64,000 nucleotides of DNA, taken from NCBI GenBank assembly GCA_038231235.1, contig JBBRLT010000003.1, positions 10,370-74,369 of the forward strand, in the 5' to 3' direction. The stretch comes from Terriglobales bacterium (GTDB taxonomy: Bacteria; Acidobacteriota; Terriglobia; Terriglobales; Acidobacteriaceae). Shown one piece after another: positions 39,638-47,624 of this stretch; the stretch's first letter is position 1; each line of letters opens with the position of its first letter. Both the position numbers and the translations under genes were made by a program. The notes beneath the pieces were generated by a model. That model had not been told where the DNA came from. It did no database searches and was given only the letters and a program-made list of their open reading frames with translations.

Positions 39638-40089
39638 CCGATCAGTCCTTCCAGGCGTGTACGCAATGTGCTGGCGCTGCGTGTATCGGGGCAGATGACC
39701 AGCACCGTATTGTCGCCGGCGATGGTGCCCAAGACCTCCGGCCACTCCTCATCGTCAATACCAGCCGCCACTGGTTGCGCACTGCCCTGGGTGGTCATCA
39801 CTACCAATTGATTCATGGCCTGACGCACCCGCAGCCCGAAGCTCGTAAGCATCTCGGCGATACCGGGCAGATCTTCGTCACCGTCGTCAGCGGGCGCACT
39901 GGGAATCTGGTAGCCGCTGGGGCCCTTGAAGAGCCGCAACGCATGCAGGTCGCGCGACAGCGTGGCCTGTGTGACCTCATGGCCGCGTTTGACCAGCAGG
40001 CGGCGCAGTTCGTCCTGGCTGGTCACGGCGCGTGTCGTCACCAGTTGGCGGATGGCGGAATGTCGTTCCACTTTCATCATGATTCCCAA
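39634..40089 (-). CDS. argR: Arginine repressor ArgR
   Basis: About 150-aa product. Winged-helix N-terminus RHSAIRQLVTTRAVTSQDELRRLLVKRGHEVTQATLSRDLHAL. C-terminal oligomerisation domain with GTIAGDNTVLV. Start is TTG 40089, or ATG 40080/40077. Confidence 0.85.
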   Translation of the reverse strand: MGIMMKVERHSAIRQLVTTRAVTSQDELRRLLVKRGHEVTQATLSRDLHALRLFKGPSGYQIPSAPADDGDEDLPGIAEMLTSFGLRVRQAMNQLVVMTTQGSAQPVAAGIDDEEWPEVLGTIAGDNTVLVICPDTRSASTLRTRLEGLIG

Positions 40090-40148
40090 TCATCAAACGC
40101 GCTCGGCCGCACCGGAGTGGGGGAGCCGCCGGCCGGCCGATGCATAAC

Positions 40149-40166
40149 TATACATATATATGTATA
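40149..40166. promoter_or_regulatory. Perfect 18-bp palindrome TATACATATATATGTATA; candidate ArgR operator (ARG-box-like)
   Basis: Read directly; the reverse complement is identical. It has the same 18-bp length and AT core as the ARG-box consensus TNTGAATWWWWATTCANW. By my count it matches 12 of 16 defined positions, with symmetric mismatches at positions 4-5 and 14-15. A third TATACA half-site lies at 40169-40174. It sits 60 bp upstream of argR. Confidence 0.4.
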
Positions 40167-40189
40167 AATATACAGATGTGCTTTGTCAA
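40161..40189 (-). promoter_or_regulatory. Sigma70-type promoter candidate for the arg operon (TTGACA-N17-TATACA)
   Basis: The minus strand reads a consensus -35 TTGACA (40189-40184), a 17-nt spacer and -10 TATACA (40166-40161). The -10 lies inside the 18-bp palindrome. Confidence 0.45.
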
Positions 40190-40337
40190 GGATGGCTGCG
40201 CGTTCTAGAGTCTCGGCGACAATCGTTGAAGCGCCTGCGCGATAGACCCGCGTTTGCCGTGAGGTTCCATCGCACGTATCATTCGGGTTGTTTGATCGAT
40301 TGCTTTGAGAGCCATCTAGAGGAGACGAAAGACAACG

Positions 40338-41372
40338 ATGCGAGTTGGAATGCTGACGGGCGGCGGAGATTGCCCTGGACTGAACGCCGTGATCCGCGCC
40401 GCGGTACGCAAGGGGATCTTCCATTACAAGGATGAGTTCGTCGGCTTCCTTGAAGGCTGGCGCGGCGTGGTCGAGAACCAGACGCGTCCGCTCGATGCGG
40501 ATGGCGTGTCGGGCATCCTGCACCTGGGCGGCACGATTCTGCGCACTTCGCGCACCAACCCGCGCAAGATGGAGGGCGGCATCGACAAGTGCCAGGCCAC
40601 CATCAAGGCCAATCACCTGGACGCGCTGATCACCATCGGCGGCGACGACACCCAGGGCGTAGCCAATGCGCTGATCGAGAAGGGCGTGAAGATCGTCGGC
40701 GTGCCCAAGACCATCGACAACGACCTGAGTGGCACCGATGCCTGCTTCGGCTTTGACACGGCAGTCTCGATTGCGACCGAGGCCATCGACCGCCTGCACT
40801 CAACCGCTGAGGCGCATAACCGGGTGATCGTTTGCGAGGTGATGGGTCGCGATGCGGGCTGGATCGCGATTACAAGTGGCATCGCTGGCGGGGCGGATGC
40901 TATCGGCGTGCCGGAGAAGCCGCTGGATATCGATCACATCTGCCGCATCGTGAAACATCGTTACGAGCACGGGAAGAAGTTCTCCATCATTGTGGTGGCG
41001 GAAGGCGCGAAGCTGCCCAATGCAGAGCAGGCCACGCAGGGCGCCAAGGTGGACGCCTTCGGGCATGCGCGGCTCAGCGGCATTGGCCAGCGAGTAGCAG
41101 AGTTGATCGAAGAGAAGACCGGCTATGAGACGCGCAGCGTGAACCTGGGCCATACCCAGCGTGGCGGCACGCCCACCGCGTATGACCGCATGCTGGCGAC
41201 CCGCTACGGTAACGCAGCAATTGATCTGGTGCATGCCGGGAAGTTCGGTCAGCTGGTAGTCCTGCGCGGCACAGAGATCACCAGCATTCCGCTGAAAGAT
41301 GCGATCGCCAAGACGCGCACCATTGGCGACGATCTGATCGCATTGGCGGACGGGCTGCAGCCAGAGGTTTAG
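40338..41372 (+). CDS. pfk: 6-phosphofructokinase (PfkA family; PPi-type residue signature)
   Basis: 344-aa ORF. MRVGMLTGGGDCPGLNAVIRA, TIGGDDT, VPKTIDNDL and EVMGRDAGW. ATG preceded by GAGGAG. Confidence 0.9.
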   Translation: MRVGMLTGGGDCPGLNAVIRAAVRKGIFHYKDEFVGFLEGWRGVVENQTRPLDADGVSGILHLGGTILRTSRTNPRKMEGGIDKCQATIKANHLDALITIGGDDTQGVANALIEKGVKIVGVPKTIDNDLSGTDACFGFDTAVSIATEAIDRLHSTAEAHNRVIVCEVMGRDAGWIAITSGIAGGADAIGVPEKPLDIDHICRIVKHRYEHGKKFSIIVVAEGAKLPNAEQATQGAKVDAFGHARLSGIGQRVAELIEEKTGYETRSVNLGHTQRGGTPTAYDRMLATRYGNAAIDLVHAGKFGQLVVLRGTEITSIPLKDAIAKTRTIGDDLIALADGLQPEV

Positions 41373-41474
41373 TCAGAAAAGGGGAAGGGGGGTTGGAGCT
41401 GGTTTAGGTCTCACTACACCAAACGTCACAAAAAGTACGTTAGCGGGCTGCGCGGTGGAACTCAGGACGGCCGT

Positions 41475-42095
41475 CTACTCCTTACTACGATAGGCCTCAA
41501 CGACCATGAATTCGCTCCAGGTCTTCGCGTCGTCAGACTTCTCACCTCGCCACGTGAAGTGCGTCATGGAGTGGTTCGTGTACGTGGCGCGCGTATAAGC
41601 GTGGCTGGCCACCGGCTCTTTGAAGGCGTAGAGGATGGATTGACCATCGAACCTGACTCCGCCGAACTCCTCCGATACGAGATCCGTCCAGTTTCCAGCC
41701 AGTGCGTTGAGCCATCTTATATTCCAAATCTGCTTCGCAGCGTCATATGTGCGGAAGTTCATGCCGAGCACGATCAGCTCCCCGGAGGAGCCTGTCATTC
41801 TGTATTCGTCGGCGATTGCATAGCCGTCGAGGATGAAGCGGCCCAGCCACGCTGCTTTGAACGTCTGCCATTCTCCCGTGGCTGACTTTATTTTCGCTTC
41901 GCACCGCCATTTGCCAATGAGAAAGGCAAATCGCGAGAGGGCGGCAGGGGCATGGGAGTTGAGCTTACCGAAGTTCTGATCCTGCTGGTCCATAGCATTG
42001 TCCTCTGCAGCGGCCGCCGCTGGTCGCGTTGCTCCGAGCAGCAGTGATACTGCTGTGAATAGAACGCTGCGCCGTGTTTGAGTTCGAGCCAGCAT
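41475..42095 (-). CDS. Secreted hypothetical protein (possibly DUF1579-like)
   Basis: 206-aa ORF with a signal peptide RRSVLFTAVSLLLGATRPAAAAA. Lower GC than the flanks. The DUF1579 assignment is from memory only. Confidence 0.5.
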   Translation of the reverse strand: MLARTQTRRSVLFTAVSLLLGATRPAAAAAEDNAMDQQDQNFGKLNSHAPAALSRFAFLIGKWRCEAKIKSATGEWQTFKAAWLGRFILDGYAIADEYRMTGSSGELIVLGMNFRTYDAAKQIWNIRWLNALAGNWTDLVSEEFGGVRFDGQSILYAFKEPVASHAYTRATYTNHSMTHFTWRGEKSDDAKTWSEFMVVEAYRSKE

Positions 42096-42244
42096 TCTGC
42101 TCCGACCGCTTCATTGTCCGTATCAAATCGAAGGCTTCTAAGAGGACCCGGTTATGTATCTTCAGCAGCTACAGATCCTTCGCCGCCCGATTGCCCTGGA
42201 TCAGCGTGGCATGTCTTGGGTTTCGGCGATCGGCAGGAGACGCG

Positions 42245-42481
42245 TTAGCAGCCGTGCTTGCACTTGGCCAGGATGGCTGCCTGCAGCCGCTCGCGCAGTG
42301 CTGTCGGCAGCTCATACAGCTCATGCTGACGATAAATCTCAATGGTCTTGCGCGTGGTGCTCAACGTGATGACGCAATGCTCGCAGCCCTGCAGATGCAG
42401 TTCGAGGTCGGCGCGCAACGAGCCGGTGACCGTGTTGTCGATCATATCGTCGAGTTCAGCCAGAAACTCCGAGCAGGTCAC
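42245..42481 (-). CDS. Small soluble zinc-binding (ZAS, zf-HC2) anti-sigma factor
   Basis: 78-aa product from a GTG at 42481 that overlaps the sigma-factor stop as GTGA. HxxxCxxC motif HLQGCEHC. No TM segment. Confidence 0.65.
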   Translation of the reverse strand: MTCSEFLAELDDMIDNTVTGSLRADLELHLQGCEHCVITLSTTRKTIEIYRQHELYELPTALRERLQAAILAKCKHGC

Positions 42482-43176
42482 TGAACACCATCCTCTTTCT
42501 TCTTGCGGAAGTACCGGCTTAGCCGCTCCCGCAACTGCAGCCGCGCCCGCAATAGCCGCGACTTCACCGCCGGCACACTCAGCCCCAGCGCACTGGCCGT
42601 CTCTTCGGTAGAGAGACCTTCCACATCGCGCAGCACAAAGACCACGCGGAATCCAGGCGGCAGGCCATTGATGGTCTTGCGGAGAATCTCTGACAGCTCC
42701 GACTGGCCATATTCCTGCTCCGGATTCGGCCTCCACTCGGCCAGGTCGCGGGGTACGGAGCCTTCCTCCGTCTGCACGTCCTCATCGATTGAGACCATTT
42801 TGCCGGTGCGGCGTTTGCGCAGCCGCATCAGTGCTTCATTCACTGCAATCCGCACCAGCCAGGTATAGAACTTGGAGTTGCCCTGGAACTGGTCCAGCTT
42901 CTCGTATGCCTTGAGGAACGCATCCTGCACCACGTCCTGCGCATCTTCGCGGTTCTGCGTGATGTGCTGCGCGATGCGAAAGACCTGCCGGTCGTACTGC
43001 TTTACCAGCGTCTCGAAGGCGTGCACATCGCCGCCCCGCGCGCGCTCGACAAGCGCTACGTCCGGATGCACCTCCTCGGGAGCATTCGTAGCCTTCACTG
43101 GTTCGATGGTCTGGCTCTCGGAAGGTTTCAGAGGATTCGCGCCTTTCGATGACGGATACCGGAAACCCCGCGTCAC
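42478..43176 (-). CDS. ECF-type RNA polymerase sigma-70 family factor
   Basis: Region 2 (FETLVKQYDRQVFRIAQHITQNREDAQDVVQDAFLKAYEKL, FYTWLVRIAVNEA) and region 4 (LRDVEGLSTEETASALGLSVPAVKSRLLRAR). GTG start per ORF track; the N-terminal extent is uncertain. Confidence 0.85.
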   Translation of the reverse strand: MTRGFRYPSSKGANPLKPSESQTIEPVKATNAPEEVHPDVALVERARGGDVHAFETLVKQYDRQVFRIAQHITQNREDAQDVVQDAFLKAYEKLDQFQGNSKFYTWLVRIAVNEALMRLRKRRTGKMVSIDEDVQTEEGSVPRDLAEWRPNPEQEYGQSELSEILRKTINGLPPGFRVVFVLRDVEGLSTEETASALGLSVPAVKSRLLRARLQLRERLSRYFRKKKEDGVQ

Positions 43177-43252
43177 TCATCTGGATTCTATCAAGAGGCA
43201 TTTGGGCAACCTGCCAGGCAAGGGATAACGCTTCGGATGCATGCCGCTTTGG

Positions 43253-43278
43253 TTTGATAGCGATGCTTGGGTGATTCC
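43253..43278 (-). promoter_or_regulatory. Candidate ECF-type autoregulated promoter (GGAAT-N16-TCAAA)
   Basis: The minus strand reads GGAATcacccaagcatcgctaTCAAA about 75 nt upstream of the sigma-factor GTG. It resembles the RpoE-type GGAAC(TT)...TCAAA architecture. Single instance only. Confidence 0.3.
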
Positions 43279-43359
43279 GCTTAGTCTTTTGACAAGACCC
43301 GTTTGTGATTTGAGGTACTGGATTTGACTTCCCCGTATTGGTATCTGCGTATTGGCCCC

Positions 43360-45705
43360 ATGATTGGTATAGCGGTGCTGCTGTCGGTGGCCACGACCCA
43401 GGGTGCTGTACCACCGAAGAAGCATGCGACCAAAACAGCAGTTCGCCACGCCGCTGCAGTTCACCCGCGGGACCGGCATCGCCTTCCAACCCACGTGCGC
43501 CACGCGCCCACGCGCCGCGCCAAGCTAAATGCGCGTGCACTGGCGCGCAGCCGCAAACTCCAGCGCGCCTTTGTCGCTTCGACTCAACTGCGGGCCATGG
43601 CGCAGCAACTGGCGCAGAACCGCACCCCTGCTGCCTATGCGGGCGTGTCCAACTACGCGCAGTCGCACAAGGGAGACGCGGCGGCGGCAGCCTATCTGTC
43701 GCTGGGGCATGCCTATCTGCTGGACCGCCGCTTCCCGGAGGCGCTCAGCGCTCTGACGCGTGCCGATACAGCAGGGAATGCTTTGGACGACTACGCCGCC
43801 TATTTGACAGCGCAGGCTCAGATGCAGTCTGGTCAGGCGGCGCAGGCGACGACGCTGTTGAATGGCTTCGCCGCGAAGTATCCGGACAGTGTCTTTGTTC
43901 AGCAGATGCCGGTGCTGATTGCGAACCTGGCCATCCAGCAGGGCGACTCGCAGACTGCGTTGCGTACCTTGGGCGAACACGCCGGCGGGCCGCTGGCCAA
44001 TCGCGCCGACTATCTCCTGGCTCTGGCACGGGCGCAGCAGATGACCGGAAATCCGGATGTGGCCAAGACCTTCCGCCACCTCTATCTAGGCTACCCGCTG
44101 GCGCCCGAGGCATCGCAGGCCGGGACGCAACTGCAGGCCATGGGCGCCTCCGCCCCGTTGACCGTAGCAGAGCGGCAGCACCACGCCGACGCGCTGTATG
44201 CAGCGGGCCGCTATAACGAGGCCCATGACGACTACCATGCCTTGGCCAGCGACCTCAGTGTGACCGATGCCGAGCAGCGCGACCGCCTTCTGGCCGCAGC
44301 GGCTGCCTGCGATTACAAACTGAAGCGGCTCTCCCGCGAGATGGCGCAGGAGCTGAAGGACAACAATGGCGAGGCTGGCGCGCGCCGGTTGTATCTGCTG
44401 ATGGAGCTGGCGCGCGACCGCGGAGATGTGGGTGAGCAGCAAAGCCTAGTCCAGCAGATGGAGCAGCGCTTCGGTCAGAGCCCCTGGCTGGCAGAGGCGC
44501 TCTACTCCTCCGGCAATATGTATCTGCTGCGCAAGGACTATCCCACCGCCGCGAACTACTATGGCGAGCTGGCACAGCGCTTTCCGGTCATCTGCAAGGA
44601 CGCTACCGGTCCTTGCTCCGACTATGCTCCTAGCGCGCACTGGCGCTTTGCGTGGCTCAACTACCGCATGGGCAAATACTCAGACGCAGCCCGTCTCTTC
44701 GATGAGCAGATTGCGCATTATCCTGCGGGCAAGGAACTTCCCAGCGCCCTCTACTGGCGCGGCCGTGTGTACCAGGAACAGGAACAATCCCCGGCCAGGG
44801 CAGCTGCCTACTACCTGACGGTGAAGGACACCTATCTCCACTACTTCTACGCGCAGCAGGCAGACCAGCGCCTGGCCGAGCTGGGCAATGTCACTCCTGC
44901 AGCAGCACCAGAGCTGGACGGCATTCAGCCGCCGACCATCCCCGCACTGACGGACGCGGTGCCGCAGGACGACCCACACGTGGTGCGCGCCAAGCTGCTG
45001 GCGAATGCGGGACTGAATGAGTTCATCACGCCAGAGATTCAGGCCGCCGAAGGAAGTGAAGAGTGGGGTGCCTTTGCCGAGGCGGCCATCTACAACTCCT
45101 ACGGCGAAAATGCCAAGGCAATGCATGTGATGAAGCGCGCGCTGCCGTTCTATACTTCAGCGCCGATCGCATCCATTCCGCTGGCTTACTGGCGCATCCT
45201 CTTTCCTGAGGCGTACTGGAGCACCATCCGCGCCGATGCCGGGAAGAATGGCCTGGACCCCTACATGGTGGCAGCACTGATTCGTCAGGAGTCGGAGTTC
45301 AACCCAACAGTCGTCTCGCATGCGAATGCCTGGGGACTGATGCAGTTGCTGCCCACGGTGGGTGCAGAGATGGCGCACAAGCAAGGCATACATCATTTCG
45401 ATCACAACGAGCTGCTGGACCCCGCAGTCAACATACGGCTGGGCACACTCTACCTGAAGCAGACACTGGACAAGTTTGGTGGCAAGCCGGAGTACGCCTT
45501 TGCCGCATACAACGCAGGCGACGATCGCGTGCTGGACTGGGAGTCAATCGGCAGCTACCACGGCATGGAAGAGTTCGTGGAGTCGATCCCGTTCACCGAG
45601 ACGCGCGATTACGTGCAGGGCATTGTGCGCAACCAGATGATCTATCGCGAGCTGGCCACGCGTCCAGCAGCCGTCGCTTCGGTGGCTCCTCCGCAGAAGC
45701 ATTAA
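43360..45705 (+). CDS. Soluble lytic murein transglycosylase (Slt70-like; superhelical N-domain + SLT domain)
   Basis: Signal-like MIGIAVLLSVATTQGAV. Long Ala/Leu-rich helical-repeat region. C-terminal SLT catalytic domain LIRQESEFNP...AWGLMQLLP...AYNAG. The ORF-track TTG start at 43324 is an alternative. Confidence 0.8.
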   Translation: MIGIAVLLSVATTQGAVPPKKHATKTAVRHAAAVHPRDRHRLPTHVRHAPTRRAKLNARALARSRKLQRAFVASTQLRAMAQQLAQNRTPAAYAGVSNYAQSHKGDAAAAAYLSLGHAYLLDRRFPEALSALTRADTAGNALDDYAAYLTAQAQMQSGQAAQATTLLNGFAAKYPDSVFVQQMPVLIANLAIQQGDSQTALRTLGEHAGGPLANRADYLLALARAQQMTGNPDVAKTFRHLYLGYPLAPEASQAGTQLQAMGASAPLTVAERQHHADALYAAGRYNEAHDDYHALASDLSVTDAEQRDRLLAAAAACDYKLKRLSREMAQELKDNNGEAGARRLYLLMELARDRGDVGEQQSLVQQMEQRFGQSPWLAEALYSSGNMYLLRKDYPTAANYYGELAQRFPVICKDATGPCSDYAPSAHWRFAWLNYRMGKYSDAARLFDEQIAHYPAGKELPSALYWRGRVYQEQEQSPARAAAYYLTVKDTYLHYFYAQQADQRLAELGNVTPAAAPELDGIQPPTIPALTDAVPQDDPHVVRAKLLANAGLNEFITPEIQAAEGSEEWGAFAEAAIYNSYGENAKAMHVMKRALPFYTSAPIASIPLAYWRILFPEAYWSTIRADAGKNGLDPYMVAALIRQESEFNPTVVSHANAWGLMQLLPTVGAEMAHKQGIHHFDHNELLDPAVNIRLGTLYLKQTLDKFGGKPEYAFAAYNAGDDRVLDWESIGSYHGMEEFVESIPFTETRDYVQGIVRNQMIYRELATRPAAVASVAPPQKH

Positions 45706-45724
45706 CCCCAGCAACCGCGGAAGA

Positions 45725-45753
45725 AAAGGGCGCAGCCATCGGCCGCGCCCTTT
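45725..45753. terminator. Hairpin between convergent genes (candidate bidirectional terminator)
   Basis: AAAGGGCGC-agccatcggcc-GCGCCCTTT, a 9-bp GC-rich stem with A/T runs on both sides. It lies between the slt stop (45705) and the stop of the convergent gene (45770). Confidence 0.5.
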
Positions 45754-45769
45754 GTGGAACGAAGATCGC

Positions 45770-47422
45770 TTATTGGCAGCCGTTCACCTTGAAATTGCCG
45801 ATGCGCGTGTGCCAGTTGAAAGTACCGTTTGCGGCAAGGTACTCGTTCGTATACCAGAAGGTGCAGTCGTCGGATGGGTCGACAGTCATGGCGCTGTAGT
45901 CCCCCCAGCGATTCAGGGTTCTCTGCTGTGCTCCGGTCCCTGCCTGCAACAGATGTTCCGAGCCGAGCTGATTCAGTGCGTCGCCAACCGAACGGTAGGA
46001 GTACTGAATGGATGGATTTGCGCTGGTGCTGGAGGTGCTGTACCCCAAAGCAAGATCACCATTCTTGTCAGAGGCGAACGAACCCATCCAGCGGCTGAGT
46101 CCGCCCGATGGAGCATAGGTGGACTGCTGAAAGACGCTGACGCCAGTGGTGCCGCCAGTAGCTGGCCGCAGCTCATACCAGCGGCTGCCTGAGGCCACTG
46201 CGCCAGGGTTGACTGAGTGGTTGACGAAGAGCGCCTCATGCCCATCGGCAAAGTGCCGGTAGGAGAGCCGGTACATCAGCCGATCGGCCAGCGAATCCAG
46301 TTGCTGCCGTGTTCCTGGCTGAGGGATGCATGTGCCCCCTCCGCAGGCCTCGCTGAAGCTCGCAACCGCAGTGGAATACGGCCCGGCAAGTGTGCTGTTG
46401 GAACTGGTAACGAAGTCGACATGGAAGCGCCAGGTGTTCAACGAGTTCGGGCCGAAGTTCAGGAAATACTCATTGGTGCCGGTCGGGGGTGCGGTAGTGC
46501 CATCCACGTCTCCCGGCAGAACACCGCCGTATGCGCTGCCGAGTTGGAAGCACTGCTCGGCCGCGCTGGCACCAGTGCGCATCGCCGCGCCGTTATAGGC
46601 GCAGAGTCGTGCACCGACAAAGGTGTTTCCGCTGAACATGTTGTAAGTGGCGTAGTAGGTGCCATTGAAGACGCCGAACTTCGGGTAGTCGTTGAAATTC
46701 GGTTCACGGTACGCGTACACATTGTAGGCGCCGGTTGCATCGCTGGTCTGCGACACGGCGATGCATTGCCAGTAGCCGCTGGTAGCGCCGTTGGTGACCG
46801 AAAACTGGGTCAGGAGCCAGCGCCCGTTCGCCTTGTCATACTGCGCGATGGGGTCGCCATCATTGTTTACTGCACACGGATGACTCGCGCCCAGTGATTG
46901 AAATAACTGGTTTCCTGCGACGGGGCCCTCCTGCGTTGCGCCGGTCGCTTTATTGAATACGGCAAACGACTCATTCACCCACTGCACATATTGCGTTGCG
47001 CCCACTGCGCCGTTGGTGTCTGGCGGTGCGGAGTTGACTGAGAAGCCCGGAAAGCCATTGCCCAGTCCTTCGAAGTTCAGGCCGGTTGCCAGGGCGCCGG
47101 TGCTGGCCGCCGCACTGCTCTGCACCACCGGGTCAGTCGATCCGCCCCCGCCGCCCGGTTTGCCGGCGCCGCCGCCCTTGAGCAGGCGCAGGGGCTTGTC
47201 CACCTTCGGACCACTGGACTGCCCTTTGCGCATGCCGTGCACGGTGCTGCTGCCGGAGCCAGCACCATAGCTGACATCTGGATTAGTCAGGACGACCGGG
47301 CCCTGGTCATGCGGATTCTGCGCCAAAACAGCACCTGTCGATACCAAAGTGGCGAGGAGAACGGTCGAGGCTGCGCGGAAAAGATACGCAGGAGTAGAGA
47401 GGCAGAGGGAGGGCAGTTGCAT
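45770..47422 (-). CDS. Secreted hypothetical protein (about 550 aa), no recognised domain
   Basis: Start at ATG 47422 (MQLPSLCLSTPAYLFRAASTVLLATLVSTGAVLAQ is a signal peptide). Gly/Thr/Ser/Asn-rich, beta-type composition. RWGDYSAMTVDP near the C-terminus. Confidence 0.6.
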   Translation of the reverse strand: MQLPSLCLSTPAYLFRAASTVLLATLVSTGAVLAQNPHDQGPVVLTNPDVSYGAGSGSSTVHGMRKGQSSGPKVDKPLRLLKGGGAGKPGGGGGSTDPVVQSSAAASTGALATGLNFEGLGNGFPGFSVNSAPPDTNGAVGATQYVQWVNESFAVFNKATGATQEGPVAGNQLFQSLGASHPCAVNNDGDPIAQYDKANGRWLLTQFSVTNGATSGYWQCIAVSQTSDATGAYNVYAYREPNFNDYPKFGVFNGTYYATYNMFSGNTFVGARLCAYNGAAMRTGASAAEQCFQLGSAYGGVLPGDVDGTTAPPTGTNEYFLNFGPNSLNTWRFHVDFVTSSNSTLAGPYSTAVASFSEACGGGTCIPQPGTRQQLDSLADRLMYRLSYRHFADGHEALFVNHSVNPGAVASGSRWYELRPATGGTTGVSVFQQSTYAPSGGLSRWMGSFASDKNGDLALGYSTSSTSANPSIQYSYRSVGDALNQLGSEHLLQAGTGAQQRTLNRWGDYSAMTVDPSDDCTFWYTNEYLAANGTFNWHTRIGNFKVNGCQ

Positions 47423-47624
47423 TTTCAAGCTGGGGACTCCTGAAGGGGACTGGAGATATCTACCAGGGGGCCAGGACGGGCCCCTTCGCAGAGTGCTGAT
47501 CACCTTAGCTTGCCGGTCGGCCGAAAAGCAATCACAGATTGCATGTCATTGAGGGAATGGTTGATGTTGTCCTATAAAGTACTGTGGTTGCGACGTTAAG
47601 TCCGATCCAGAGGCAGAATGCCAC

